Positions 62,444 to 64,000 of a DNA stretch of 64,000 nt are shown piece after piece. The stretch is from NCBI RefSeq assembly GCF_001194135.2, contig NC_068997.1:52758196-52822195 (forward strand). Direction: 5' to 3'. This DNA comes from Octopus bimaculoides. Its lineage: Eukaryota. The number at the start of each line of letters is the position of its first letter. Positions within the stretch are counted from its first letter, which is position 1. The translations under genes were made by a program, and so were the position numbers. A model generated the notes under the pieces. It saw only the letters and a program-made list of their open reading frames with translations, searched no databases and was not told the origin of the DNA.

Positions 62444-62572
62444 CATAAATACGTACACATATATTTATATATATCCACATATGTATAAATAGACACAAAC
62501 ATACACACACACACGCACATATATATAAATATACACACAAATATTCATATTAATATATAACTAGTAACATAA

Positions 62573-62603
<31 letters not shown>

Positions 62604-63004
62604 CATACGCATGACAAATGCCGTGTGTGCACTTCAATGCATGTAAGTCCTTTATATACAAAAGAAGTTGTATTAGATTCAAATATCCAAGTGTGTATTA
62701 TACTTAATGTATATACATCGTTGGAAGGCAAGTTCACCGAAGATTTAATCCTCAGATAACATCTCTTATTAACGTGTTGTATTTAAAAAGAACACAATAA
62801 GACGATACAGTAAGACGAAAATTGGGTACTACTTTGGCGTGTGATCTACAACTTCAAGGGTGATTAATTTAGGTTAGTTTTTAGTTTCTTTACGTTGCAA
62901 AACTTACGGTTGCCAAACTTGTGCGATCCGCGCGCTTATTTTAATTATTATATTGCTTATTCTTGGTTCCTTGTTATTATTTACTAAGCCATAAATGAAA
63001 TATG

Positions 63005-63060
63005 GTTTTATTACCCCCGCCTTAGCGAAAGCGGGGGTATTGTTTTCAATCGTGCTTGTG
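63005..63060 (+). mobile_element. Helentron-associated/DINE-1-like end, same family as 35796-35907
   Basis: ttttaTTACCCCCGCCTTAGCGAAAGCGGGGGTATtgttttca: hairpin followed by tgttttca. Confidence 0.55.
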
Positions 63061-63421
63061 GTAACCAGTTCACTCACGTCTCCCAGGTTGTCCCAAATGG
63101 TCGTTGTCGACATATTTTACAAGTGACTCTTACTGCAATAAACTACACCATCGTACCTGCCTCCTCACCTCACTTCCCTTCTCTTAATTACTCACACGCA
63201 CAGACAACACACATGTGCACATGCGAGCGTATACTTACACATACAAACACTTATATACGTGCACAAACTCAGACACACACGCACACACCTACATTTCATT
63301 TTTAAATTTGCTTCTGACAAGTTTTGGTATGAAACAGAATATTGTTATTGATACTGTTGCACTTTGCGAGGTTCATACTATCACTATAGACACGTGCTGT
63401 ATACATACACACACACATACA

Positions 63422-63457
<36 letters not shown>

Positions 63458-63499
63458 TGTTTGTGTGTGTGTGTGTGTGTGTCTGTGTGTGTATGAATG

Positions 63500-63575
<76 letters not shown>

Positions 63576-63747
63576 AAACTTACTTGGGAAAGGATGCGTG
63601 GCGTTCGATCATATAATAATATAAATAATATATAAATATATGCATATATACATACATATATGTACGTTTATGTATGTATATATATATGCATATATTATTT
63701 ATATTATATTATATTATATTATATTATATTATATATATATATATATA

Positions 63748-64000
63748 CTAGCAGCTAAGCCCGGTTTCACCCGGTCAGAGAGCGATGCGAAGAGAGAAAC
63801 GAAGACATTAAAAAGAGGAAGAAGTGGATACAAAGTGGTGTTTGGGTGACGGATCTTGGTAGAAAAAAAAGAATGTCATGGTGAGTTAGTAAGGAGAGCA
63901 AAGCAAGACTGGACTTACGTGGGCTGACAAGACGATGAAAAAATTGCGGAGTTGAAATTAGAGCAGTTGAAGTTGCCGTTGTTATCATAGGAGTGCCTCT
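63748..64000 (-). mobile_element. Probable Helitron 3' terminus; element extends beyond the window
   Basis: Minus strand reads CCGG-GTGAAA-CCGG hairpin, 9 nt, CTAG, then T. Confidence 0.5.

Noticed and set aside
431-63988. Most ORFs in the supplied track (for example 2640-3359, 6081-6554, 11275-11967, 24021-24857, 61671-62540)
   Set aside because: They are translations of microsatellites, CT tracts or N-gaps, with no domain content

Overview
Eukaryotic, AT-rich draft-assembly window with 12 N-gaps and dense microsatellites. The repeat landscape suggests an octopus genome (inference). The only confidently supported gene is a 5'-incomplete, plus-strand GH31 alpha-glucosidase (GAA-like). I reconstructed 16 coding exons from 11187 to 39669 (1956 nt, 651 aa plus stop). 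Both catalytic aspartates are intact (WADMNE, HWSGDN), and one intron must be GC-AG. The rest is intronic or intergenic: several tRNA-derived SINE families, RTE-type LINE relics, a DD37D (maT) Tc1/mariner relic, a Tigger/pogo derivative, Helitron/Helentron-type ends and a 106-bp minisatellite. The most interesting non-genic signals are hammerhead-ribozyme-like motifs of the Penelope type (one embedded in a tRNA-headed SINE with an inverted duplication), a 138-nt intronic hairpin and an unidentified decayed reading frame near 45.7-46.4 kb. No prokaryotic systems, CRISPR arrays, rRNA or true tRNA genes were found. All homology calls come from motif recognition, not database searches.
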